From: Alphaproteobacteria bacterium | GTDB taxonomy: Bacteria > Pseudomonadota > Alphaproteobacteria > UBA828 | Length of the DNA stretch: 64,000 bases | Reading direction: 5' to 3' | NCBI GenBank assembly: GCA_965237415.1 | Contig: CBDEFM010000002.1 | Coordinates: 3,520,001-3,584,000, forward strand | Part shown: positions 29,943 through 39,656 of the stretch, in pieces | How positions within the stretch are numbered: position 1 is the first letter of the stretch | How the letters are laid out: every line of letters starts with the position of its first letter | Translations under genes and position numbers: made by a program | The notes under the pieces: generated by a model | What the model saw: only the letters and a program-made list of their open reading frames with translations | Databases searched by the model: none | What the model was told of the DNA's origin: nothing

Positions 29943-31711
29943 CCGCCGAGCAGATCGAAGTCGACCCGATCACCTTGCAGGTGATCGGCGGTGCGTTGCA
30001 CACGATTGCGAAGGAGATGGGGCATGTGCTCTACCGCATGTCCTACTCGTCGATCATTCGGGAGTCGGAGGATCTCGGCGCCGGGCTCTTCGACCGCAAC
30101 TTCAATACGCTTTGCGAATCTGATTCGACGCCGATGCATATTGGCTCCATCCCGGCCTACCTGAGGGGGATCGACAAAACCCTGCACGACCCCTGGCAGC
30201 CCGGCGATATCGTGATTCACAACCATCCCTATTACGGCGCGAGCCACTCGCCGGACATCGCCGCGGTGGCGCCGGTCTTCTACGACGGCGAGCTCGTGGG
30301 CTACTCGGCCAACACGGCACACCATGTGGATATCGGCGCGGCCACGCCGGGCCTCATCATCGACGTGCCGGACGTGTTCGCCGAGGGCATGCTGTTCAAG
30401 GGCGTGAAGCTCTATGAGGGCGGCAAACTCAACCGCGCGCTCTGGCAATTTATCGAGACCAACACAAGGGTACCGAGCCAGGTGATGGGCGACGTCGAAG
30501 CCCAGGTCGCCTCCGCCGAGCTCGGTGTCAAGCGCTTCGTCGAACTCCTGGACCAGCACGGCAAGGCCGTGGTGTTCGCGGCGACCGAGCAGCTCATGGA
30601 CTATTCCGAGCATATGCTGCGCCGCCAGATCGCGGCGATTCCCGACGGCGAATACAGGGCCGAGGGCTTCCTGGACGACGACGGGCGGAACCGCAAGCAG
30701 CCGCTCCCGGTCAAGGTCGCGGTGCGCATTGAGGGCGATTCGGTCGAGGTCGACCTCACCGGCTCCGCCCCGCAGGTGCCGACCGCCTTCAACGTGCCCT
30801 TCGAAGGCTCGACCAAGGTCGCCTGCTACTTTGCCTTTCGCGCGCTCCTGCTCGACACGGCGACGACCAGCGAGCATGTGCCGCAGAACGAGGGCTCGTT
30901 CCGGCCCATCACGGTCACCGCGCCCAAGGGCACGATCTTCAATCCCGAGTATCCGGCGGCGGCGGAGGCGCGCTTCAACCAGATCCAGCGCGTGGTCGAC
31001 TGCATCGCCAAGGCGCTCGCGCCGGTGATCCCGGAGAAGGTGACGGCGGGCTCATCGGCCGATGTTTCGGCGATCGCCTATTCCGGCGTCAGGCCCGACG
31101 GCCAGTACTGGATCTTCATCGAGGTCAACGAGGGCGCCTGCGGCGGGCGACCGCACTCGGACGGGCCGGACACCATCGAGGAGCTGATGCGGAATACGCG
31201 CAACAACCCGATCGAGGATCTCGGCATGCACCTGCCGCTTCTCTGCGATCGCTACGAGCTCCGCGACGATGTGATGCCGGGCGCGGGCCGTCATCGCGGC
31301 GGCATCGGCGTGATCAAGGTGCAGCGCTACCTCACGCCTGGCTTCCTCACCCATGAGGCGGACCGACATGACGACCCGCCCTGGGGCTTTCGCGGCGGGA
31401 CCGCTGGCCGCGGCGGGCGCCTCATCAAGTACAACATCGCGGATCCGGACCGGGTCGACGATCTGCCGGCAAAGATCCACGGGCTGCGCAACCAGACCGG
31501 CGATTGCATCGGCTTCATGGGGCCGTGCGGGGGCGGCTACGGGGATCCGCTGGAGCGCCCGGCCGAGCAGGTGCGCGAGGACGTGCTCGACGACTTCTGC
31601 ACCCGCGAGCACGCTAATCAGGCTTACGGGGTCGTTATCACCGAGGGGCTGGAGCTCGACGTGGCCGCCACCGAAGCGCGGCGCGCCGAGATGGCGAAAC
31701 AGGTGGCTTAG
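29939..31711 (+). CDS. Hydantoinase/oxoprolinase subunit B
   Basis: ATGA overlap; SSIIRESED, HNHPY-GASH-PD, HHVDIG, GAGRHRGG, GGGYGDP. Confidence 0.93.
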   Translation: MTAEQIEVDPITLQVIGGALHTIAKEMGHVLYRMSYSSIIRESEDLGAGLFDRNFNTLCESDSTPMHIGSIPAYLRGIDKTLHDPWQPGDIVIHNHPYYGASHSPDIAAVAPVFYDGELVGYSANTAHHVDIGAATPGLIIDVPDVFAEGMLFKGVKLYEGGKLNRALWQFIETNTRVPSQVMGDVEAQVASAELGVKRFVELLDQHGKAVVFAATEQLMDYSEHMLRRQIAAIPDGEYRAEGFLDDDGRNRKQPLPVKVAVRIEGDSVEVDLTGSAPQVPTAFNVPFEGSTKVACYFAFRALLLDTATTSEHVPQNEGSFRPITVTAPKGTIFNPEYPAAAEARFNQIQRVVDCIAKALAPVIPEKVTAGSSADVSAIAYSGVRPDGQYWIFIEVNEGACGGRPHSDGPDTIEELMRNTRNNPIEDLGMHLPLLCDRYELRDDVMPGAGRHRGGIGVIKVQRYLTPGFLTHEADRHDDPPWGFRGGTAGRGGRLIKYNIADPDRVDDLPAKIHGLRNQTGDCIGFMGPCGGGYGDPLERPAEQVREDVLDDFCTREHANQAYGVVITEGLELDVAATEARRAEMAKQVA

Positions 31712-32493
31712 AGACGGAAGCGATCGCCGAGGTAAACGCGGCGAACTTCGTCGTGTGAGACGATCTCCGAAGGGGCGCCCTCCATCAACAGGGTGCCCTC
31801 GTTGATAATGTAGGCGCGATCGACGATTTCGAGCGCTTCCCTCACATTGTGGTCCGTCAGCAGCACGCCGATGCCGCGGTCCTTGAGGTGGGCCACGAGG
31901 TCGCGAATCTCCGCGACCGCGATCGGGTCAATTCCCGACAGCGGCTCGTCGAGCAGCATGAAGCGCGGCTTCGAGGCGAGGGCACGGGCGATCTCCACGC
32001 GCCGCCTCTCACCGCCCGAGAGCGCGAGCGAGGGCGTGCGGCGCAAGTGGGTGATCGAGAACTCGGCAAGCAGCTCGTCGAGTGCGAGCTCGCGCTCGTC
32101 GCGCGCCGGCACCGACACTTCCAACACCGCGCGGATGTTGTTCTCCACCGTGAGCCCGCGAAAGATCGAGGCCTCCTGCGGCAGGTAGCCGAGGCCGAGC
32201 CGGGCGCGGCGATACATGGGAAGCCCCGTAATGTCGTGCCCGTCGAGGAAGACGCGGCCATAGTCCGCCGCCACCAACCCGGTCATTAGGTAGAAGCAGG
32301 TCGTCTTGCCGGCACCGTTGGGCCCGAGCAGGCCGACCGCCTCGCCCCGTTGGACGGTCAGGCTGAGGCCGCGCAGGACCGGCCGCTTCCTGAAGCTCTT
32401 GCCGAGGTTCTCGGCACGCAGGCCCGGGTTGCCGGCAAGAACAACGGGTGTCGCGGGGCTGCCGTCGAGGCCGACGGTCACCGGCGAAGTCAT
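31708..32493 (-). CDS. lptB: LPS export ABC transporter ATPase
   Basis: GPNGAGKTT, YLPQEASIF, LSGGERRR, LLDEP, TDHNVRE, VYLG. Confidence 0.96.
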   Translation of the reverse strand: MTSPVTVGLDGSPATPVVLAGNPGLRAENLGKSFRKRPVLRGLSLTVQRGEAVGLLGPNGAGKTTCFYLMTGLVAADYGRVFLDGHDITGLPMYRRARLGLGYLPQEASIFRGLTVENNIRAVLEVSVPARDERELALDELLAEFSITHLRRTPSLALSGGERRRVEIARALASKPRFMLLDEPLSGIDPIAVAEIRDLVAHLKDRGIGVLLTDHNVREALEIVDRAYIINEGTLLMEGAPSEIVSHDEVRRVYLGDRFRL

Positions 32494-32522
32494 GCGGCTA
32501 TCACCCTGCTGCCGATCACGCG

Positions 32523-33077
32523 CTACTCGCTTTCCTCCTCCGGGACGAAGAGGCCGTGCACGCGCGCGCTGCCCGCGCCGGACACTCTGCTCACCCCGGT
32601 CTCGAGATTCATCGTCAGCGACTCACCCTCGACGATGTTGTTGCCCTGGTGCAGGACCACCCCACCGGCGAGGTCGATGCGGCCTTGTTCTACGTTGTAG
32701 ACGCCGCTTTGCCCCTGCGCCGTTTCCCCCGGCGAGGTGATGACGACGTTCCCTTCGGCATCGATGCGCGAGACTCCCAGGTTGCCCTGACCGCCCTCCG
32801 CCTCGCGGTAATGGACCGTGAGCATGTCGGCGTTCAGCACCAAGTCGCCCTGAACCGCGTTGACGCTCCCCTCGAAGATGGCGACGTTTTCCAACTGCCG
32901 CACTTCGAGCGTATCGGCGGTGATCTCGATCGCCTGGCCAGTTTCGGTGGCTCCATCATCCGCTTCCTGCGCCGTACCTGCCCCGGCCAGCGCAACCGAC
33001 GCCCCGAGCACAGCTGCGAGCAGAGCCATCCGCGACGTGCGCCGCGCCCGTCCGCGCCGACTAGCCCCGGCTCTCAT
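32523..33077 (-). CDS. lptA: LPS transport periplasmic protein (start uncertain)
   Basis: Signal peptide, IEITADTLEV, FEGSVNAVQG, AEGNV OstA-like repeats; synteny. Confidence 0.88.
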   Translation of the reverse strand: MRAGASRRGRARRTSRMALLAAVLGASVALAGAGTAQEADDGATETGQAIEITADTLEVRQLENVAIFEGSVNAVQGDLVLNADMLTVHYREAEGGQGNLGVSRIDAEGNVVITSPGETAQGQSGVYNVEQGRIDLAGGVVLHQGNNIVEGESLTMNLETGVSRVSGAGSARVHGLFVPEEESE

Positions 33078-33792
33078 CGTCTTGCCCTCCCAACGCGCCA
33101 TCGATTCCTCCCACCGCATGCGGGAATAGGGTCATCCGCACCCGGCCGCCGAACGTCATGACCTGCCCCTGGTCGTGGAGCGCGAAATTGCCGGCATCGA
33201 GCAGCCCGTGCGGGCCCTTGCCGCTCACGGGTTCGTCGCCCTTCGCGATCCCTGCCGGCAGGTCGATATGGGCCTCGGTGGTGATAAACTCATGCCCCGC
33301 ATCCGAACGTACCGTGACATCGCCGGCGAGGTCGAGGCGCTCGATGTCGCGCTGGTACCGGCCCTCGTTCGCTGTGAGCGCCAACATGCCGTTCCCTGCC
33401 TGGTCGCCGAAGAAGTCGGCCTCGATACCGCTGAGATGCACGACGGGCGAATCGCTCTCCGGCTGGAATGCTTCCTCCCCCCTCACGGCGTAGGGCCGGT
33501 TCTTTGCATCGGTGCCCTGATAGCTGGCCTTCACCATCGTCAATCTGCCGTCGATCCCCGCGTCCGTGGTCAGCGGGATGTGGAGACCCTCCTCCCCATC
33601 GCCGATGAGCGGCCACGCGACCACGAGGCCGAGCAAGGCGGCGGCCATCGCCGGCAGCAGATAGCGCATGAGGCCGACGAAACCGCTGTATCTTCCGGGG
33701 CTGCCGCCGGCTGCACCGGCCCGCGCCCGGTAGTATCGAAGCTTGCCTGTCGGCACGGGGCTACCCGGCGCGTTGCGGGCTCCGGCACTCAT
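33061..33792 (-). CDS. lptC: LPS export periplasmic protein
   Basis: RYSGFV...LP TM signature, YQGTD-RPY; between kdsD and lptA. Confidence 0.83.
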   Translation of the reverse strand: MSAGARNAPGSPVPTGKLRYYRARAGAAGGSPGRYSGFVGLMRYLLPAMAAALLGLVVAWPLIGDGEEGLHIPLTTDAGIDGRLTMVKASYQGTDAKNRPYAVRGEEAFQPESDSPVVHLSGIEADFFGDQAGNGMLALTANEGRYQRDIERLDLAGDVTVRSDAGHEFITTEAHIDLPAGIAKGDEPVSGKGPHGLLDAGNFALHDQGQVMTFGGRVRMTLFPHAVGGIDGALGGQDDESRG

Positions 33793-34811
33793 GCGAGACC
33801 TACCCGCAGGCAATCGTGGATATGCACGACGCCGACCGGTCGCTTCTCTTCGACCACGAAGATGTTGGTGATCTGGCACCGGTTCATGAGGTGCACGGCC
33901 TCTGCGCCGAGCGCGCCGGAATGAATGGTCACCGGATTGACGGTCATGATTTCGGAGACCGGTCTTTGTAGCAGGCCCGAATCCATGTGACGTCTGAGGT
34001 CGCCGTCGGTCACGATGCCGACCAGCGCACCTTCGCCGTCGATGGCACCGACGCAGCCGAGGCGCTTGGCGGTCATGACGATCAGGGCCTCCGCCATCGC
34101 CGCATCGGCGCGGACGAGCGGCAGGGAATCGCCCGCGTGCATGATGTCGGCGACCCAGACCAGCCGCCGGCCGAGTTTGCCGCCGGGATGGTAGAGCTTG
34201 AAGTCCTCCGCCGTGAGCCCCTTACGCTCCAGCAGGGCGACCGCGAGCGCATCGCCGAGCGCCAGCATCATGATGGTCGACGTCGTCGGCGCCAGGCCGA
34301 GCGTTCCCGCTTCCGGCTCGTCCGGCAGAACGAGCGCGACGGTGACTGCGTTGGCAAGTGTGCTGGGCGCTTTCCCCACGATGGCGACAAGCGGAATGCG
34401 GAAGCGCTTGGCGTAGTTCAGGAGATCGGCGAGCTCAGGCGTCTCACCCGAGTTCGACAGCATCAGCAACGTGTCTGCATCGGTGATCATGCCGAGATCG
34501 CCGTGGCTAGCCTCCGCCGGGTGAACGAAGAGCGCCGGTGCCCCGGTCGAGGCGAAGGTCGACGCAATCTTGTTGGCGATGTGGCCGCTTTTGCCCATGC
34601 CGGAGACCACGATCCGGCCCTGGGTGGCGGCGAAAATCTTGGTCGCATCGACGAAGCGCCCGGTCAACGCCTCCGAGAGCCGTGCGAGCGCGCGCGATTC
34701 CTGGCTCACCACCCGACGGGCGGCGGCCAGATCGGCATGCTCGATAGCGTCGAGCGCGGCGGATGCAGCAGTCGGGCTCACGGTTTCCGAATTTTGTTTA
34801 AAGCGTGGCAA
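33789..34811 (-). CDS. kdsD: KpsF/GutQ arabinose-5-phosphate isomerase (SIS + CBS); start uncertain
   Basis: GMGKSGHI, HPAEASHGDLG, SNSGET, APTTST, HPGGKLG, TDGDLRR. Confidence 0.95.
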   Translation of the reverse strand: MPRFKQNSETVSPTAASAALDAIEHADLAAARRVVSQESRALARLSEALTGRFVDATKIFAATQGRIVVSGMGKSGHIANKIASTFASTGAPALFVHPAEASHGDLGMITDADTLLMLSNSGETPELADLLNYAKRFRIPLVAIVGKAPSTLANAVTVALVLPDEPEAGTLGLAPTTSTIMMLALGDALAVALLERKGLTAEDFKLYHPGGKLGRRLVWVADIMHAGDSLPLVRADAAMAEALIVMTAKRLGCVGAIDGEGALVGIVTDGDLRRHMDSGLLQRPVSEIMTVNPVTIHSGALGAEAVHLMNRCQITNIFVVEEKRPVGVVHIHDCLRVGLA

Positions 34812-34877
34812 GCATGATGCCGACCAGGCCGTCCGTCAACGTATATTGCCAGTCTTGTAGCGGTTCGATCTGCCGCA

Positions 34878-34904
34878 ACCCCATATATTGTATGCAATAT
34901 TGGG
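34878..34904. promoter_or_regulatory. AT-rich palindromic operator-like element between divergent kdsD and bioB
   Basis: ATATTGTA-TGCAATAT (34885-34900) is a 7/8 palindrome; overlaps NrdR-box-like ACCCCATATATTGTAT. Confidence 0.55.
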
Positions 34905-35023
34905 CATAGCAACCCTGCGCACACGCTTGCCGCAGCGCGGGACGGGTCTTTCCAGGCCGCATTCCTTGACCCGGCGGCGGGCGGGCCTATCCTGCGCCCG
35001 TCGAGGGCTGGAGACGAACGATC

Positions 35024-36019
35024 ATGGAATCTGTCGAAGCGATCGCCGCGGACGCGCCTCCCAGTGCGGCCACCGCGCTCAGGCATGACTGGTCGGCGCC
35101 GGAGGCGGAGGCGCTGCTGGCACTGCCCTTCGCCGAGCTGATGTTCCGTGCGCAGACCGTCCATCGCCGTCACTTCGACCCGAACCAGGTGCAGATGTCG
35201 ACGCTGCTGAGCATAAAGACCGGCGGCTGCCCGGAAGACTGCGCCTATTGTCCGCAGAGCGCCCGCTACGACACCGGGCTCGCAGCCGAGAAGCTGATGT
35301 CACTCGATACGGTGCTGGCCGAGGCCCGGCGCGCCCGGGACGCGGGCGCCACCCGCTACTGCATGGGCGCCGCCTGGAGGAGCCCCAAGGACCGCGACCT
35401 CGATGCGGTGGCCGACATGGTCGCGGGCGTCAAGGCGCTCGGCATGGAGACCTGCGTCACCCTCGGGATGCTGAGCGCGTCTCAGGCGGAGCGGCTCGCC
35501 CATGCCGGCCTCGACTACTACAACCACAATCTCGACACCTCGGAATCGTTCTACGGCGAGATCATCACCACACGCACCTATCAGGACCGGCTCGAGACCC
35601 TGGGCCATGTCCGCGACGCCGGCATTAGCGTCTGCTGCGGCGGCATCGTCGGCATGGGCGAATCGTTGCGCGATCGCGCGGACATGATCGCCACGCTCGC
35701 GAGCCTGCCGACCCATCCGGAGAGCGTGCCCATCAACATGTTGGTGCAGGTCGAGGGCACACCGCTTAACGGCGTCGATGCGCTCGATCCCTTCGAATTC
35801 GTGCGCACGGTGGCGACGACGCGCATCACCATGCCGCGCTCCGTGGTCCGTCTCTCCGCCGGGCGCGAGCAGATGTCGGACGAGATGCAGGCGCTGGCCT
35901 TTCTCGCCGGCGCCAACTCGGTGTTCGTGGGGCCGGAGCTGCTGACGACGCCCAATCCCGCGCGCGAGCGCGACACCCGACTCTTCGCCCGCCTCGGCAT
36001 CGCGCCGATGCCGGCTTAG
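35024..36019 (+). CDS. bioB: Biotin synthase
   Basis: Radical [40 protein letters not shown]. Confidence 0.97.
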   Translation: MESVEAIAADAPPSAATALRHDWSAPEAEALLALPFAELMFRAQTVHRRHFDPNQVQMSTLLSIKTGGCPEDCAYCPQSARYDTGLAAEKLMSLDTVLAEARRARDAGATRYCMGAAWRSPKDRDLDAVADMVAGVKALGMETCVTLGMLSASQAERLAHAGLDYYNHNLDTSESFYGEIITTRTYQDRLETLGHVRDAGISVCCGGIVGMGESLRDRADMIATLASLPTHPESVPINMLVQVEGTPLNGVDALDPFEFVRTVATTRITMPRSVVRLSAGREQMSDEMQALAFLAGANSVFVGPELLTTPNPARERDTRLFARLGIAPMPA

Positions 36020-36051
36020 GCGGGGGAGGGGCCGCGCTCCCAACGCTCGCC

Positions 36052-37359
36052 GTGGCGCGCCGCATACCTGCCGACCCTTTCGCGCCGTCGGCGCCCGGTT
36101 GGCTCGCCGAGGGCTACGGTCACATCTGGCTGCCCTACACCCAGATGGCGACCGTGTCGCCGCCGCTGCCGGTAGCCGCAACCAGGGGCTCCCGCATCGT
36201 CCTCACCGACGGCCGTGAGCTGATCGACGGAATCGCGTCGTGGTGGACCGCCTGCCACGGCTACAACCACCCCCACATCCGTGCCGCCGTGGCCGAGCAG
36301 CTGGACACCATGCCCCACGTGATGTTCGGCGGCCTCGCCAACGAGCCGGCGCTCAGGCTGGCGCGCCGCCTGGCCTGCTTGCTCCCCGATCCGCTGGGCC
36401 GGGTGTTCTTCTCGGAGTCAGGCTCAGTGGCGGTGGAGATCGCGCTCAAGATGGCGCTGCAGTACTGGCTCAACCAGGGGGTTCGTGGGCGCCACCGCTT
36501 CGTGAGCTTCCAGGGCGCCTATCACGGAGACACCTTCGCCGCCATGTCGGTGTGCGACCCCGAGGAAGGCATGCACAGCCTGTTCGCCGGCGCTCTGCCA
36601 AAGCAGCACGTCGTGCCGCTGCCCGCTGACGACGCGGGCATGACCGCCTTCGACGCCTATCTTGCCCGGCATGGGGAGGACATGGCGGCGGTCATCGTCG
36701 AGCCGCTGGTCCAGGGCGCGGGCGGCATGCGCTTCCATGCGCCGGAGACGCTGCACGCGCTACGCGCAGCCTGCGACAAGCACGGTCTGCTGCTCATCGC
36801 CGACGAGATCATGACCGGGTTCGGCCGCACCGGTACGCTCTTCGCTTGCGAACAGGCGCAAGTGGTGCCGGACATCGTCACGCTCTCCAAGGCGCTCACC
36901 GGCGGCACCATGGCGCTCGCCGCCACGGTCGCGAGCGATCGGGTGTTCGAGGCCTTCCTTTCGGACGATGCCGACGCCGCGCTCATGCACGGGCCGACGT
37001 TCATGGCCAACCCGCTCGCTTGCGCCGCCGCCAATGCCTCGCTCGATCTGTTCGAGCGGGAGCCGCGCCTCGCCCAGGCGCGCGCGATCGAAGGCCACCT
37101 CGCCGCCGCTCTCGAGTCTGCGCGAACGCTCGCAGGCGTGGTCGATGTCCGTGTGAAGGGCGCGATCGGCGTCATCCAGCTCGACGACATGAGCCGCATC
37201 GACTGGCTCAAGGCGCGCTTCGTGGACGCCGGAGTCTGGGTCCGCCCCTTTGCCGATATCGCTTACGTCACGCCCGCGCTCACCATCGACGAAGCCGACC
37301 TCACCCGGCTCACGGACGCGCTCGTCGCCGTCGTGACCGCGTGGTCCAGGGATCGCTGA
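36052..37359 (+). CDS. bioA: Adenosylmethionine-8-amino-7-oxononanoate transaminase
   Basis: IWLPYTQM, DGIASWW, HVMFGG, SGSVAVE, YHGDT, DEIMTGFGRTG, SKALTGG, HGPTFM. Confidence 0.94.
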   Translation: MARRIPADPFAPSAPGWLAEGYGHIWLPYTQMATVSPPLPVAATRGSRIVLTDGRELIDGIASWWTACHGYNHPHIRAAVAEQLDTMPHVMFGGLANEPALRLARRLACLLPDPLGRVFFSESGSVAVEIALKMALQYWLNQGVRGRHRFVSFQGAYHGDTFAAMSVCDPEEGMHSLFAGALPKQHVVPLPADDAGMTAFDAYLARHGEDMAAVIVEPLVQGAGGMRFHAPETLHALRAACDKHGLLLIADEIMTGFGRTGTLFACEQAQVVPDIVTLSKALTGGTMALAATVASDRVFEAFLSDDADAALMHGPTFMANPLACAAANASLDLFEREPRLAQARAIEGHLAAALESARTLAGVVDVRVKGAIGVIQLDDMSRIDWLKARFVDAGVWVRPFADIAYVTPALTIDEADLTRLTDALVAVVTAWSRDR

Positions 37360-37381
37360 AGCGCGCGTCCTCCGCGCTGCC

Positions 37382-38947
37382 TCAATCGAAAACGATCGAT
37401 GGCAGCCAGGTGGTGAGCTCCGGGAAGATGCCGAGCACGGCGAGGGCGACCAGCTGGATCAGGACGAAGGGAATGACGCCCTTGTAGATGTCGATGGTGC
37501 GGACCTGACGCGGCGCCACACCTCGCAGGTAGAAGAGCGAGAAGCCGAAGGGCGGGGTCAGGAACGAGGTCTGCAGGTTGACCGCCATCATGATGCCGAG
37601 CCAGATCGGGTTGATGTCCATCCGCAGCAACACCGGCGCGATGATCGGCACCACCACGAAGGTGATCTCGATGAAATCGAGGAAGAAGCCGAGCGCGAAC
37701 ATGATCAGCATGACCACGAACATCGCGCCGACGACTCCGCCCGGAATGTCGGAGAGCGCCTCGTGCACCATGTCGTCGCCGCCGAGGCCGCGGAAGACCA
37801 ATGAGAAGAGAGCGGCGCCGATGAGGATGACAAAGACCATGGCGCTGATCTGCATGGTCGAACGCATGACGGGGACGAGGACGCCGACACGCCAGACTCG
37901 CCAGAGGCTCGTGCCGATGCCATAGACGACGAGCGCGCTGCAGACGAAGGCGGCGATGACCGGCGCGCTAATGCCGCTCCGCGTGACGACGAGGTCGAAC
38001 TGGTTGGCCAGAATCATCATCACGATCAGCCCGCCACCCGCGGCATAGAGCGGTAAGCCGCCACCGCGCGCGAGCCGGGCGCCGGCGAGGATCAGCGAGC
38101 CCACCGCGCCGACCGCCGCCGCCTCGGTGGGCGTCGCGATGCCGGCAAGGATCGAGCCGAGTACGGCGATGATGAGCACGATCGGCGGCACCAGCGCGCG
38201 GCCGATACGCCGCCACAATTCGCGCCAGTCGTCACCCAGCTCGTCGCGCGGGATGGCCGGCGCCGCCGCCGGCCGCAACCAGGCCACGACGATCAGATAG
38301 AGCATATAGAGCGCGACGAGCACCATCCCAGGGAGCAGGGCGCCGGCGAACAGGTCGCCGACCGAGACCGGCTCGGGCGACCAGTTGCCGATGGCGCGCT
38401 GGGCATCGACATAGGCGTTGGAGATCTGCTCGCCGAGGATCACCAGCACGATGGAGGGCGGGATGATCTGGCCGAGCGTACCGGAGGCGCAGATCGCCCC
38501 GGTCGCGAGCTTGGGATCGTAGCCGCGCCGGAGCATCGTCGGCAGCGAGAGAAGTCCCATGGTCACGACGGTCGCGCCGACGATCCCGGTGGACGCGGCG
38601 AGCAGCGCGCCGACCGCGATCACCGAAATCCCGAGACCGCCACGCAGCCCGCCGAAGAGCCGACCCATGGCCTCGAGCAGCTCTTCCGCCACCTTCGAGC
38701 GTTCCAGCATCACGCCCATGAAGACGAAGAGCGGCACCGCGATCAGAACCTCGTTCCACATCGCATTGCCGAAGATGCGCTGCGGCATGGCGCGCATGAA
38801 GCTGATGTCGAAGGCACCGAATGCGTACGAGAAAAGCCCGAACAGTGCGGCCACGCCAGAGAGCGTGAAGGCGACCGGGAATCCCGCCAGAAGGCAGCCG
38901 AGGGTCGTCACGAACATGACGATGACGAGGATCTCGCCGACGTCCAT
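37382..38947 (-). CDS. TRAP transporter large permease (DctM family)
   Basis: GFPVAF, AVPLFVFMG, GTLGQIIPPS, TPTEAA, TSFLTPPFG. Confidence 0.95.
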   Translation of the reverse strand: MDVGEILVIVMFVTTLGCLLAGFPVAFTLSGVAALFGLFSYAFGAFDISFMRAMPQRIFGNAMWNEVLIAVPLFVFMGVMLERSKVAEELLEAMGRLFGGLRGGLGISVIAVGALLAASTGIVGATVVTMGLLSLPTMLRRGYDPKLATGAICASGTLGQIIPPSIVLVILGEQISNAYVDAQRAIGNWSPEPVSVGDLFAGALLPGMVLVALYMLYLIVVAWLRPAAAPAIPRDELGDDWRELWRRIGRALVPPIVLIIAVLGSILAGIATPTEAAAVGAVGSLILAGARLARGGGLPLYAAGGGLIVMMILANQFDLVVTRSGISAPVIAAFVCSALVVYGIGTSLWRVWRVGVLVPVMRSTMQISAMVFVILIGAALFSLVFRGLGGDDMVHEALSDIPGGVVGAMFVVMLIMFALGFFLDFIEITFVVVPIIAPVLLRMDINPIWLGIMMAVNLQTSFLTPPFGFSLFYLRGVAPRQVRTIDIYKGVIPFVLIQLVALAVLGIFPELTTWLPSIVFD

Positions 38948-38953
38948 GGCGGG

Positions 38954-39517
38954 TCAGGCGGCCTCGCCGCCCGGCTCTGCGGTTGCGTCGTGGCGCGATT
39001 GACGGCCGGCGAGGGTGAGTATTGCGTGGAGCGCGAGGGAGAGGCCCTGCAAGATGATGAGAACCACGAACGCGAGGATCATCGACTTGAGCGCATAGAC
39101 CGCATGAATGCCGCTGGTCTCCTTCGAGCCTTCGAACACCGACCAGGATTGCGCCAGATAGGGCCAGGTCGCCCAGCCGATGATCACGCAGACCGGCAGC
39201 AGAAAGAGGATGACACCAAGAAGATCGATGAGTGCGCGCCGGCGCGGTCGCGCGTCCCGGTAAAAGATATCGACCCGGACGTGGCCGCCGTGAAGCAGCG
39301 TGTAGCCGGCACCCACCATGAACAGGGTGGCGTGGAGGTAGATCACCCCTTCCTGCATCGCGATGAAGCCCACACCGAAGATGTAGCGCATCACCACGAC
39401 GACGAACTGGAGGAGCACCATAAGAAGAGCGAGCCACGACGCGACGCGACCGATGTGCTCGTTAGCGGCGTCGATTACGCGCGTGAGCGCGGCTAATGCG
39501 GAGAGAAACGCCTGCAT
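38954..39517 (-). CDS. TRAP transporter small permease (DctQ family)
   Basis: Four TM helices, RYIF, GHVRVDIFY. Confidence 0.93.
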   Translation of the reverse strand: MQAFLSALAALTRVIDAANEHIGRVASWLALLMVLLQFVVVVMRYIFGVGFIAMQEGVIYLHATLFMVGAGYTLLHGGHVRVDIFYRDARPRRRALIDLLGVILFLLPVCVIIGWATWPYLAQSWSVFEGSKETSGIHAVYALKSMILAFVVLIILQGLSLALHAILTLAGRQSRHDATAEPGGEAA

Positions 39518-39619
39518 CTTATCTCAGGCGATCGGCACTCCGGCCCGGCAGCAGCCCTCACGTACGTCGCCCCGAAGCCCCGCGCCGGCGGTGGATCGAT
39601 TCCGTCTCGCCGGCGAGAT

Positions 39620-39648
39620 TCGGGGCGGGCCTCCACCGCCCGCCCCGA
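39620..39648 (-). other. GC-rich intercistronic hairpin just downstream of the TRAP binding-protein gene
   Basis: TCGGGGCGGGC-7 nt-GCCCGCCCCGA; no U-tract; adjacent perfect palindrome TCTCGCCGGCGAGA at 39605-39618. Confidence 0.6.
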
Positions 39649-39656
39649 GTATGCGT

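Noticed and set aside
39605-39648. Hairpin after the TRAP binding-protein gene as a terminator or REP/MITE
   Set aside because: No U-tract and no second copy noticed in the window; intercistronic stems after binding-protein genes are common
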